Shown piece after piece: positions 10,446-18,992 of a stretch of 31,032 nucleotides of DNA. The position numbers and the translations under genes were made by a program. A model generated the notes under the pieces. The model saw only the letters and a program-made list of their open reading frames with translations. It made no database searches and was not told the origin of the DNA. The stretch comes from Deltaproteobacteria bacterium (GTDB lineage: Bacteria; Myxococcota_A; UBA9160; UBA6930): assembly GCA_031396315.1 (NCBI GenBank), contig JANNKN010000220.1, forward strand, positions 1 to 31,032. Reading direction: 5' to 3'. Within the stretch, counting starts at the first letter, position 1, and every line of letters begins with the position of its first letter.

Positions 10446-11261
10446 TCACGAGGTTTTCTTCGACCGTAACAAGCCTTCTTGCGCGATCGTCGCGACGTGC
10501 ACGCCGGCGCGGTCGAAGACTTGGCCCGTGGCGAGGCCGCGGGTTCGAATCAGGCCGTGGCCAGTCGTGTCCATCAGCAGCCAGTCGTCGGCGCGCACCC
10601 GGCGGTGGAACCACAGGGCGTGGTCGAGGCTTGCACCCATCCAGTCCGCTGCGCCCGGCCCGCCTTCGCTCGGCGCGCCGCCGGCGCGCGAGTTCGAGAC
10701 GGCGTCCATCATGTTCATGTCGCTCAGGTAGGCGAGTGCGCAGTAGTGAAGACGCGCGTCGTCGCCGAGCGGCAGCGGGAAGCGTCCCCACACGAGTGAG
10801 CGCGGGCGGTCCTTCGGCTGCGGCACCTCGCGGCGATCGAGACCTGCGTCGTACACAGGCGGCAGCGCGTCGGGCTCAGGCACGCCGCTCGGCATCGCGA
10901 ACGACTGCGACTCGGCGCCTTCCTCGAATCGCTGGAAGGAGCATTCGAGCGTGAGGATCGCGCCAGCGCTCTGCCGTGCGATCACCCGGCGCGTCGTGAA
11001 CGAGCGCCCGTTGCGCACGCGATCGACCTCGTAGCGCACCGGCTCACCGAGCTCGCCGCCGAGGATGAAGTACGCGTGCAGCGAGTGGACGCTGTGCTCG
11101 TCGCGCACGGTTTGCGTCGCCGCCCATAATGCCTGCGCCACCACCAGGCCGCCGTAGATGCGCCCCCACGGATACGGCGGGCTCTCGGCGACGTAAGTGT
11201 CGGGGCCGTGGGGCTCGAGGCGGAACACGCGCGACAGATCGATGGCGGGCTGCATCTGCAT
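10446..11261 (-). CDS. tesB: Acyl-CoA thioesterase II
   Basis: GRIYGGLVVAQAL, HSLHAYF, VRNGRSFTTRRV, AYLSD and ASLDHALWFH. Alternative start at 11255. Confidence 0.88.
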   Translation of the reverse strand: MQMQPAIDLSRVFRLEPHGPDTYVAESPPYPWGRIYGGLVVAQALWAATQTVRDEHSVHSLHAYFILGGELGEPVRYEVDRVRNGRSFTTRRVIARQSAGAILTLECSFQRFEEGAESQSFAMPSGVPEPDALPPVYDAGLDRREVPQPKDRPRSLVWGRFPLPLGDDARLHYCALAYLSDMNMMDAVSNSRAGGAPSEGGPGAADWMGASLDHALWFHRRVRADDWLLMDTTGHGLIRTRGLATGQVFDRAGVHVATIAQEGLLRSKKTS

Positions 11262-11303
11262 GGGGTCCGAAACCTAGGAACTCGATTCTCCGCCGGCCAT
11301 CCT

Positions 11304-11777
11304 TCACGCCCCTGCCAAGCGGCCGGGTGCGAACTCGCGCCGCCCCGTCGCGGGTACGGCGCGCGTCGCCTTCGCGAGGCCGAACAGCGGCATGTTGTTG
11401 TAGACGCACTCGTAGTCGCCGGGACGCACGCGATACGTCTCGTGCCAGATGCCGACGTCGCCGTTCGAGCCGATCGCCCGGTTGAATGCCTTCCACGCCG
11501 GCAAGTGCTCGCGCGCCTTGTCGGTGGCGTACTTCTCGAGCTGCTCGAACGAGCGCCAGTACTGCAGGATCAGGAACGTGCGGCCGGCCCAGCCTTCTGC
11601 GCCGAGGAAACCAGAGCTCGGATCGGGCCCGAGCTCGCGCAGCATGCGGGTCATCGCCGTCGCGACGGGGATCCACTTGTGCAGCTTCCAGAGCTTGTTG
11701 ATGCGCATACCGATCAGGAACACCACGAACTCGCCGTCGGTTTCCGCAGTGAGTCGCTCCGCTCGAATCTCGGGCAT
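11304..11777 (-). CDS. DUF4188 domain protein (dimeric alpha/beta barrel, monooxygenase/dehydratase-like)
   Basis: [33 protein letters not shown] and GIWHETY. GAGGAG upstream of ATG 11777. Confidence 0.85.
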   Translation of the reverse strand: MPEIRAERLTAETDGEFVVFLIGMRINKLWKLHKWIPVATAMTRMLRELGPDPSSGFLGAEGWAGRTFLILQYWRSFEQLEKYATDKAREHLPAWKAFNRAIGSNGDVGIWHETYRVRPGDYECVYNNMPLFGLAKATRAVPATGRREFAPGRLAGA

Positions 11778-11942
11778 TTCTTCGAACTCCTCGTGGCGTG
11801 GCGATGATCGCGATGATCGCGAACCTGCCTGAGCCCGCTCGATTTTCGCCGCAGCGCGCTGCCGAGCCGCGTGACGCACGTGCGGCCGTGGGTACCGGAG
11901 CTCCATACCCAGACCGGCGCCGCGCTGGCGGAGCTTCCCTAG

Positions 11943-13091
11943 CTACTCCGCCTCTTCGCTCTCCGCGGCTTCGGGCAGATCCTCCGCCACGATCTGGTGC
12001 GGAGCTGCGACCGCGGCGGCTGCGGCGGCGGCAGCGCGCGGCGTGATCTCGTTGATGCGGTCGATCAGGCGCCGCAGCCGGCCCGTGCTCCTGCGGTCGA
12101 AGCGCAGCACCAGCCGCGCGAGGCCGGGCGCGTCGCCCTCTTCTTCGGGCAAGGCCCCACTCGCTTCGATCTCGCCGCGCACCAGCACATCCGCGAACTC
12201 GCGCGAGAGCGCCGCGAGTGCGTCCCCGCTCGGCGCCTCCTGGACGCGCAGGACGAGGCGATCGCGTACGTACCGGCTCGAGTGGTAGTTGCGATAGAAG
12301 CGCGTGATCTCGGCGACCGCTTCGTCCACCGAGTCGGTCACGCGAAACAGCGCGACATCGTCGGGCGAGATCAGCTTGCGCTTGAGCAGATGCTCGTCGA
12401 CGTACTTCGCCCAGTCGCGCCAATAATCACCGCCCGGCGCGTCCACGAACACGACCGGCAGCATCTCGCTCTTGCCGGTCTGGATCAGCGTGAGCGCCTC
12501 GAATCCCTCGTCGTGGGTGCCGAAGCCGCCAGGAAAGAGTGCGATCGCGTGCGAGTGGCGCACGAAGCTGACCTTGCGCGTGAAGAAGTACCTGAAGTTC
12601 ACGAGCTTCGCGTCGCCTGCGATCACTTCGTTCGCGGCTTGCTCGAACGGCAGGCGGATGTTCACGCCGAACGAGGCGTCGCGGCCGGCGCCGCCTTGCG
12701 CGGCCTGCATGATTCCGCCGCCCGCGCCCGTGATGATCATCCAGCCGTGCTGCGCCATCACTTCGGCGAAACGCTCGGCCTGCACCCAGTCGGGCGAGCC
12801 GGGTTGCGTGCGCGCGCTGCCGAATGCGGAGACTTTTCGGATGCCCTCGTAGGGAGCGAAAACGCGCAGCGCGTGGCGCAGTTCCTTGATCGCGGCGTTC
12901 ACGAGCTTGAAGTCGCCATCAGAGGGGTCGTCGTTCAGGAAGCGCAGCGCCGTCACGATCATCTGTCGCGCGTACTCGACGCTGCCTTCGTCGCGCGGCC
13001 CGAAATCAGCGTTGGCGGCGGCGACGAGTGCGTCGACTCCCGCGTTCAGCGCATCGCTCTTCAGCTCGTAGCGGCGGCGGGGGCGGCTCAT
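11943..13091 (-). CDS. LOG family (TIGR00730-like) nucleotide phosphoribohydrolase, long form
   Basis: FGSART, ITGAGGGIMQAA, FRYFFTRK and PGGFGTHDE (PGGxGTxxE). Start could also be 13118. Confidence 0.88.
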   Translation of the reverse strand: MSRPRRRYELKSDALNAGVDALVAAANADFGPRDEGSVEYARQMIVTALRFLNDDPSDGDFKLVNAAIKELRHALRVFAPYEGIRKVSAFGSARTQPGSPDWVQAERFAEVMAQHGWMIITGAGGGIMQAAQGGAGRDASFGVNIRLPFEQAANEVIAGDAKLVNFRYFFTRKVSFVRHSHAIALFPGGFGTHDEGFEALTLIQTGKSEMLPVVFVDAPGGDYWRDWAKYVDEHLLKRKLISPDDVALFRVTDSVDEAVAEITRFYRNYHSSRYVRDRLVLRVQEAPSGDALAALSREFADVLVRGEIEASGALPEEEGDAPGLARLVLRFDRRSTGRLRRLIDRINEITPRAAAAAAAAVAAPHQIVAEDLPEAAESEEAE

Positions 13092-13198
13092 GCGCGGAGG
13101 TTTAGCGGGAGAAGACATCGTTGGGATCCAAGGGCTCTCTTCGGCTCACGCTGCGCCCCGCCTGAGGCGCTTCATTCGCGGTCGCCCCGGAACACGCC

Positions 13199-14593
13199 TC
13201 AGCTCGCCCCGTCACCGCGCAGTACGGCGGGCAGCGTGCGCAACAGAATCAGAAAGTCTCGCGCGAGCGACCAGGTGTCGATGTATTCGAGATCGAGCCG
13301 CACCCAATCCTCGAATCCGATCTTGTTACGGCCGCTCACTTGCCAGAGGCAGGTGATGCCCGGGCGCATCGAGAGCCGGCGGCGTTCGGTCGTGCGGTAG
13401 GCCGCGACTTCGCTCGGGATCGCGGGGCGCGGGCCCACCAGGCTCATGTCGCCGCGAAACACGCTCCAGAGCTGCGGCAGCTCGTCGAGGCTGTAACGGC
13501 GCAAGAATCGGCCGACGGACGTCACACGCGGGTCGCGCTTGATCTTGAAGACGGGGCCGTCCATCTCGTTGTGCGCAGCCAGCTCCGCCCGGCGTTCCTC
13601 GGCGTCGGCGACCATCGTGCGCAGCTTCGGCATACGGAACAGGCGTCCGTTCACCGAGCAGCGCACCTGATGGAAAAATGCCGGCCCCGGCGAGCTGATT
13701 TTGATCGCGAGTGCCGACGCTCCGATCAGCGGCGCGGCCAGCAGCAGCAACACACCCGATCCGAGCACGTCGACTGCGCGCTTCAGCGCGAGAAAGCCCG
13801 CCGCGTGATGCACGGGCGCGAACGAGAGCGCGGGGAGCGCGCCGAAGCGCTTCACGCGCGGCGCGGGCAGCAGGTCGCCGAATACGTCGGAGAGCAGCGT
13901 GATGGGAACGCCGGCGCGCGTCGCCGCGTCCACCACCAACACGACTTCTTCGAGCTTCGAACGCGGCACGGCGACGATCACTTCGTCGATCACCTGATCC
14001 GCGAGCACCTCTTCGATCGCGGCGAGCGGCAGCACGCGCGAGGCCTGCACCGCCGGGCCGCGCTTCGGCAGGCTCGCGTCGATGAAGCCGACCACGCGCA
14101 GCCCCCATTCTGGGTGGCTCACGATCACGTCTTCGACATACGCCGCGCGCGGGCCGGAGCCCGCGATCAACACGTTGCGCGTGTTTCGGCCCGTGCGGCG
14201 AATGAAGCGCGCGATGCCGAAGAAAATGATGCGCATGCCGCCGAGCACCGCGAGCTGAGCGCACGCGATCACGAGCGGGAACGACGCGGGCGCGGGCAAT
14301 TGCAGCGCGAACCCGACGGCGGCTTGCGTGAGACCTGAGAACAGCGCCGCCAGCGCGAGCGAGGTCGAGATCTCGCCCACCGAATCGCGCCGGCGCGAGT
14401 CGTAGAGATCGAGGGCCCGCAGCGCGATCGGCCATGCGAGCGACGCCGCGAGCGCGAGCGGCAGCAGCGCCAAGCCCGTGCCGGCTACGCCGAAGCCGGG
14501 GATGCGCACGATCAACACGAACAGCGCGGCGCTGACCACTACGTCCGCCAGCTGCAGCGTTGCATCGATTTCACGCGAGAGCGCCCGGAGCAT
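13199..14593 (-). CDS. Polyprenyl-phosphate glycosylphosphotransferase (priming sugar transferase, WcaJ/CpsE type)
   Basis: N-terminal hydrophobic helices, central VLIAGSG Rossmann-like region, then KRAVD, KLRTM, DPRVT, SLDELPQL, MSLVGPRP, PGITCLWQV and DLEYI. ATG at 14593. The longer ORF-track N-terminus is spurious. Confidence 0.92.
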   Translation of the reverse strand: MLRALSREIDATLQLADVVVSAALFVLIVRIPGFGVAGTGLALLPLALAASLAWPIALRALDLYDSRRRDSVGEISTSLALAALFSGLTQAAVGFALQLPAPASFPLVIACAQLAVLGGMRIIFFGIARFIRRTGRNTRNVLIAGSGPRAAYVEDVIVSHPEWGLRVVGFIDASLPKRGPAVQASRVLPLAAIEEVLADQVIDEVIVAVPRSKLEEVVLVVDAATRAGVPITLLSDVFGDLLPAPRVKRFGALPALSFAPVHHAAGFLALKRAVDVLGSGVLLLLAAPLIGASALAIKISSPGPAFFHQVRCSVNGRLFRMPKLRTMVADAEERRAELAAHNEMDGPVFKIKRDPRVTSVGRFLRRYSLDELPQLWSVFRGDMSLVGPRPAIPSEVAAYRTTERRRLSMRPGITCLWQVSGRNKIGFEDWVRLDLEYIDTWSLARDFLILLRTLPAVLRGDGAS

Positions 14594-14682
14594 GTGTGCC
14601 CGTTTCGACCGGACGCGCGCCGCGCTTGCACGCTTCGTTGCGCACGCGCGAACCGCGCATGTGCCGTTAGTCTGCGCGTTCC

Positions 14683-16953
14683 GTGCCCACGCATCCCACG
14701 CTGCAAGCGCTCGCCTGCCCGGGCGTAAAGGCGCTCGCGCTCGCCCGCTTCGCGCGCGCGGCGGGCGGCACCGCGCTCGTGACGGCGCTGCGCTGGCACG
14801 TTTACGAAGTGGACGGAGAGGCGTCGGCGCTCGGCTGGCTCGGGCTGGTCGAGTTCCTGCCCGTGATTCCGCTCGGGCTGGTCGCGGGCGCACTCGTCGA
14901 CGCGACCGATCGCGTGCGCGTGGCCGCGCTCTCGCAGTTCGGCTTCGCGCTCGCCGCATTCGCGCTCGCGCTCGGCGCGGATTCGGGCCTCGCGGTGCTG
15001 CTCGCCTGCGCGTTTGCGACTGCGGTCTGCAGCGCATTCGAGTTCCCGGCCGTCGCGACGATCCTGCCGAGCCTCGTGCCGCGCGCGATTTTCCCGAGCG
15101 CAGTCTCGCTGGTCGCGACCTCGCGCAACCTCGGCTGGACGCTCGGGCCGCTGCTCGGCGGTGCGGGTCTCGAGTGGATCGGCGTCTCGGGCACGTTCGC
15201 GGCCGCGGGTGGTGTGGTCGCGCTGAGTGCGCTGGCCGTAACAACTCTGCCGCGCGCGCCGGTGACGGGCGAGCGGCGCGAGGTGAGCTTGCGGGCGATC
15301 CGCGAAGGCATCGCGTTCGTGCGGGCGGAGAAGCCCGTACTCGGCGCGATGACGCTCGACCTGTTCGCGGTGCTGTTCGCTGGCGCGACGGCGCTGCTCC
15401 CCGTGTACGCGAAGCTGCTCGATGCGTCGGGGATCTGGTACGGCGTACTGACCGCGGCGATGACGGTCGGCACGTTCCTGATGTCCGCGGTGCTGATGAT
15501 TCGCCCGCCGATGGCTTGGCCCGGCCGCGCGCTGCTCGGCTCGATCGTGGTGTTCGGGCTCGCAACCATCGCGTTCGGGCTTTCGCGCTGGTTCCCGCTC
15601 TCGGTGCTCGCGCTGATCGCAGCGGGCATGGCCGACGAGGTGAGCATGGTCGCGCGCTCGACGATCATTCAGCTCGGAACGCCCGACGCGCTGCGGGGCC
15701 GCGTCTCCGCCGTGAACGCGATCTTCGTCGGCGCCTCGAACGAGCTCGGCGCCGCGGAATCCGGCTTTCTCGCGGCAGCGACCAGCGCGACCTTCTCCGT
15801 CGTGTTCGGCGGCGTCGCGTGCCTCGGCGTACTCGCGATCGTCGCACGCAAGCTCCCGCAGCTCGCGCGCTTCCGCGTGACCGGAGCGATCGCACTCGTG
15901 TTGTTGGGCGCCGCCGCGGCGAGCACGCCGAGCGCGCATGCCGAGACCGGCGTGCGCAGCCCGGCGGGCGAGCGCGCCGCGGCACCGCCCGCGGCCGCCT
16001 CGCTCTACGCGCCGCATCACGGCGACGACGGCTACTTCGTGCCCTGGGGCGAAGACGACTCGCGCGGCCTGGGCGCGTTCTTTCGTTGGCAGTTCGCGAA
16101 GAACGCTTACGGCGGCATGTCGCGCAGCCCGGCGCCGCGCGTCGCGAACGACGGCGCATCGCTCGCGCGGCCGCTGCCGCGTGGCAGTGCGGAGCTCACC
16201 TGGGTGGGGCACGCCAGCTTCGCAGTGCACGACGGCGCGGACGTGTTCCTCACCGATCCGCACTTCGGCGCGCGCGCATTCCTTCCGCCGCGTCTCGTAG
16301 CGCCGGGCGTCCCGCTCGCCGCGATCCCGCACGACGCCTTCGCCGTGATCTCGCACAGTCATTACGACCACCTCGACGCATTCACCGTGAACGCGCTGCC
16401 GGAGGATTTCGCCTGGTTCGTGCCGCTCGGGCTCGCCGAGTGGTTTCGCGCGCGCGGGCGCGAGAACGTGGTCGAGCTCGATTGGTGGCAGAGCGCGACG
16501 CGCGGTCGTTTCACGATCACGTGCGTACCCTCGCAGCATTGGTCGAAGCGCATCGAGCTCGGCACCAACGCGTCGCTCTGGTGCGCGTGGCTGATCGATT
16601 CGGGCGAGCGCAGGTACTACTTCGCGGGCGACACCGGCTACTTCCACGGCTTCGCCGAGGTCGCGCGCCGCTACGGCCCGATCGACGCCGCCCTGCTTCC
16701 GATCGGCGCCTACGAGCCGCGCTGGTTCATGGATTTCCAGCACATGGACCCGGCGCAAGCGCTGCAGGCGTTCCGCGATCTCGGCGCGCGCACGATGTTC
16801 CCGATGCACTGGGGCACGTTCGAGCTGACCGACGAGCCGCCAGACGAAGCGCCGCGCGAGCTGCGGCGGCAGATGCAGCGGCTCGCCATCGACGCGCGCG
16901 AAATCGCGCTGCTCGCGATCGGCGAGACGCGCCGGCTGCCCGCACCTCCTTGA
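14683..16953 (+). CDS. MFS transporter (MFS_3/EntS-like) fused to a NAPE-PLD/RomA-like MBL-fold hydrolase
   Basis: One 756-aa ORF. Residues ~1-398 are MFS (VAGALVDATDRVRV, PDALRGRVSAV). Residues ~450-756 are MBL (WVGHAS, TDPHF, HSHYDH, ELDWWQ, PSQHWSKR, FAGDTGY, PIGAYEPRWFM, HWGTF). Confidence 0.85.
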   Translation: MPTHPTLQALACPGVKALALARFARAAGGTALVTALRWHVYEVDGEASALGWLGLVEFLPVIPLGLVAGALVDATDRVRVAALSQFGFALAAFALALGADSGLAVLLACAFATAVCSAFEFPAVATILPSLVPRAIFPSAVSLVATSRNLGWTLGPLLGGAGLEWIGVSGTFAAAGGVVALSALAVTTLPRAPVTGERREVSLRAIREGIAFVRAEKPVLGAMTLDLFAVLFAGATALLPVYAKLLDASGIWYGVLTAAMTVGTFLMSAVLMIRPPMAWPGRALLGSIVVFGLATIAFGLSRWFPLSVLALIAAGMADEVSMVARSTIIQLGTPDALRGRVSAVNAIFVGASNELGAAESGFLAAATSATFSVVFGGVACLGVLAIVARKLPQLARFRVTGAIALVLLGAAAASTPSAHAETGVRSPAGERAAAPPAAASLYAPHHGDDGYFVPWGEDDSRGLGAFFRWQFAKNAYGGMSRSPAPRVANDGASLARPLPRGSAELTWVGHASFAVHDGADVFLTDPHFGARAFLPPRLVAPGVPLAAIPHDAFAVISHSHYDHLDAFTVNALPEDFAWFVPLGLAEWFRARGRENVVELDWWQSATRGRFTITCVPSQHWSKRIELGTNASLWCAWLIDSGERRYYFAGDTGYFHGFAEVARRYGPIDAALLPIGAYEPRWFMDFQHMDPAQALQAFRDLGARTMFPMHWGTFELTDEPPDEAPRELRRQMQRLAIDAREIALLAIGETRRLPAPP

Positions 16954-17080
16954 TTACCGGGCGAGTGCGGGTGCCCCCGACGGCGAGGACCCTGCGGCCG
17001 CGTGCGCCGCGCTCGGTGCCCGCGTCTACGTCCTCGACTCGGGCGGCGGACTCAGGCCACATCCTGGTAGCGCCTTCGCG

Positions 17081-17797
17081 TCAGCGCGCGGCGCTCGTCA
17101 CCTGCGTGCGCTGCGGCCAAGGGCACGCGCTCGCCTGGCGTTCGTATTGCTCGGCTCGTTCGGAGACTTTGCGCGCGACGCCGAACAGCCACGGCTTCTG
17201 ATCGAAGCTGCGCCGCTGATAACCCGTCGGGCCCTCGTGATAACCGAGATACAGGTGGAAGGCGTCGTGCTTCGGAATGTCTGCGGTACGCGAGAGCAGG
17301 TCCGAGTAGAAGCCGACGAAGTCGATCACGTCGGCGAAATCGTCGCGCTGTGCGTGGCGGTTGCCCGTGCGGTCGCGGTAGTCGCTCCAGGCGGCGTCCT
17401 GCACCTGGCCGTAGCCGAAGGCAGAGGACGCGGGGCCGACGGGAATCACGCCGAACAGCTTGCGCCAGCCGGGGCGTGCTTTTGCGCGGAAGCGCGACTC
17501 CTGATGCAGGATCGCCATCGAGAGTGACGGCGCGACGCCCCAGCGCTCGCGCGAGCGCTCGGCAGCGGCGAGCCACTCGGGCTTCTCCGCGAACAGGCCG
17601 CACAAGTCGTCGAGTTGTTGGGGAGGCAAGTGCGCGCAGGCGAGCGCGAAGAGCCCAGCCGCGATCACCGTGGTCGCGAGCGCGCCGGCGCGCAACGCGA
17701 GGCTGGCCGAGTCGCCTCGGCCCCGCTCACCGCCCCCGGTGCTTCGCTCGCCTTCGGCTCGCTGCGCGCGCCGCTCCGCGTCGTTTGCGTCAGCCAC
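17081..17797 (-). CDS. Transglycosylase SLT-like domain protein, probable lipoprotein
   Basis: MAILHQESRF (catalytic Glu), SSAFGYGQ, RDDFAD and YHEG. Hydrophobic stretch ends FALAC. The GTG start overlaps the upstream stop (GTGGCTGA). The true start may be later. Confidence 0.8.
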   Translation of the reverse strand: MADANDAERRAQRAEGERSTGGGERGRGDSASLALRAGALATTVIAAGLFALACAHLPPQQLDDLCGLFAEKPEWLAAAERSRERWGVAPSLSMAILHQESRFRAKARPGWRKLFGVIPVGPASSAFGYGQVQDAAWSDYRDRTGNRHAQRDDFADVIDFVGFYSDLLSRTADIPKHDAFHLYLGYHEGPTGYQRRSFDQKPWLFGVARKVSERAEQYERQASACPWPQRTQVTSAAR

Positions 17798-18884
17798 CCG
17801 CCGCCCGGCGATCGTGCACGAGCACCGCCTCGCGCGCGTCGAACTGGATCGTCACTTTGCCGAGGCCTGCGCTGCCCTGCACGACGCCGAGGCCGAGCAC
17901 ACTGTGCTGCACGCGGTCGCCCGACGCGAAATGCTCGCTCACCGAGTAATTACGGACGGGGCGCGTGAGGTCGGCATCGACCCGCACGGGCGTCGCTGGG
18001 CCCGATGACTTCTTGCGCTTGCTGGGCAACGACTTCGGACGGACTTTGTCCGCGCCCAGCTCGAACGCGGGCTCGAGGCGCGGGTCGCCGTCGAGGTGAG
18101 GTGCGCCGGTGTCGTACGAGAAGCCCGGATCGCCGGGGCTACGCAGCGTCAGGAACCTCACCGGCACGTCGAGCTTCGCGCCGATCTCGCGTGCGAGTCG
18201 CTCGAGCTCCTTGATCCACGCCGCGCCCTTCTGCGCCTCGCGCTTCCGCGAGAGCTCCCACCAGCGGAAGCTGCCGATCACGAACACTGCGGGCGGCGCC
18301 GGGGAGATCTCTTCGGCGGTCTTCTCTGCGAGCTCTGCCGTGAGCGATTCGCGATTCGCCTCGACGCCCGCGGCCCATGCGAGGCCTTCGAGCAGTGCGC
18401 GCAGCGGCGTGTCCCCCGTCTGCACGCGCGTCGCGCCCGGCGCTAGCCAACGCACCACCGCGACCGCCAGGCGGCCATCGGGCCCGACACCGAGCAGATC
18501 GATCGGCTCGGCGCCCCAGTTCGGATCGTCTACGCCGAGTGCCTCATCCGGCTGCGCGGCCTTCAGGACGGCGCCCGCATGCAGCGCTGCGAACGTGCCA
18601 GCCTCCGGCAGCGCGAGCGGCGGGCCACCCTCCGCGGTACGGGTCGCGAGCGCGAGCGCGAGATGCTCGCTGTCGCGCGCGGGCTTGCGCTCCGCGGCGA
18701 GCTTGCGATTCGCGGCGACGAGGTGCTTGCGTCCACTCTCCGCGCGCCGCGGTGCGGCTTCGCGCTCGGCCGCGAAATCGGCGGCCAGGATCTCTCCATT
18801 CAGCGAGGCGGCGACCGCCTTGAATCCCTTCGCATTGCGCACTTCAGTGGTCGCCGCGCGCTCGAGCAGCGGATGCTTGGCCAC
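17790..18884 (-). CDS. Hypothetical protein: degenerate PD-(D/E)xK-like core plus C-terminal PcrA/UvrD-type Tudor-like domain
   Basis: Strong RBS GGAGGTGA before GTG 18884. Core: EHLALAL...IDLLGV...LAVAVVRW...GDTPLRALLEGLAW. C-terminus: FASGDRVQHSVLGLGVV...GKVTIQF. The CDS is well supported, the domain calls are inferred. Confidence 0.7.
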   Translation of the reverse strand: MAKHPLLERAATTEVRNAKGFKAVAASLNGEILAADFAAEREAAPRRAESGRKHLVAANRKLAAERKPARDSEHLALALATRTAEGGPPLALPEAGTFAALHAGAVLKAAQPDEALGVDDPNWGAEPIDLLGVGPDGRLAVAVVRWLAPGATRVQTGDTPLRALLEGLAWAAGVEANRESLTAELAEKTAEEISPAPPAVFVIGSFRWWELSRKREAQKGAAWIKELERLAREIGAKLDVPVRFLTLRSPGDPGFSYDTGAPHLDGDPRLEPAFELGADKVRPKSLPSKRKKSSGPATPVRVDADLTRPVRNYSVSEHFASGDRVQHSVLGLGVVQGSAGLGKVTIQFDAREAVLVHDRRAAGG

Positions 18885-18917
18885 GCTCACCTCCCCCGGT
18901 TCGATTGGCAGTCGGCC

Positions 18918-18923
18918 ATCATA
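18918..18923 (-). promoter_or_regulatory. Sigma-70-like -10 element (TATGAT) for the 18884 gene
   Basis: TATGAT on the minus strand 33 nt upstream of the GTG. A nearby GAGTT-N6-AACTC inverted repeat (18940-18955) sits around the -35 position. Confidence 0.45.
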
Positions 18924-18992
18924 GGCGAGGAATCTCGTTGAGTTAGGGCGAACTCGGCCAAATCCGGGCAGGCGAGCCCTCGGAGACCGGAA

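Noticed and set aside
12008-12037. Poly-Ala / GCG-type run near the LOG C-terminus
   Set aside because: An ordinary low-complexity linker, not a repeat array.
14594-15565. 324-aa N-terminal extension of the sugar transferase in the ORF track
   Set aside because: It is an Arg/Ala-rich antisense read of the MFS gene. Family-like sequence begins at ATG 14593.
16952-17080. Protein-like frame after the MFS-MBL stop (DYRASAGAPDGEDPAAACAALGARVYVLDSGGGLRPHPG)
   Set aside because: It might be another gene remnant, but it is short, has no start, no nearby stop and no recognisable family.
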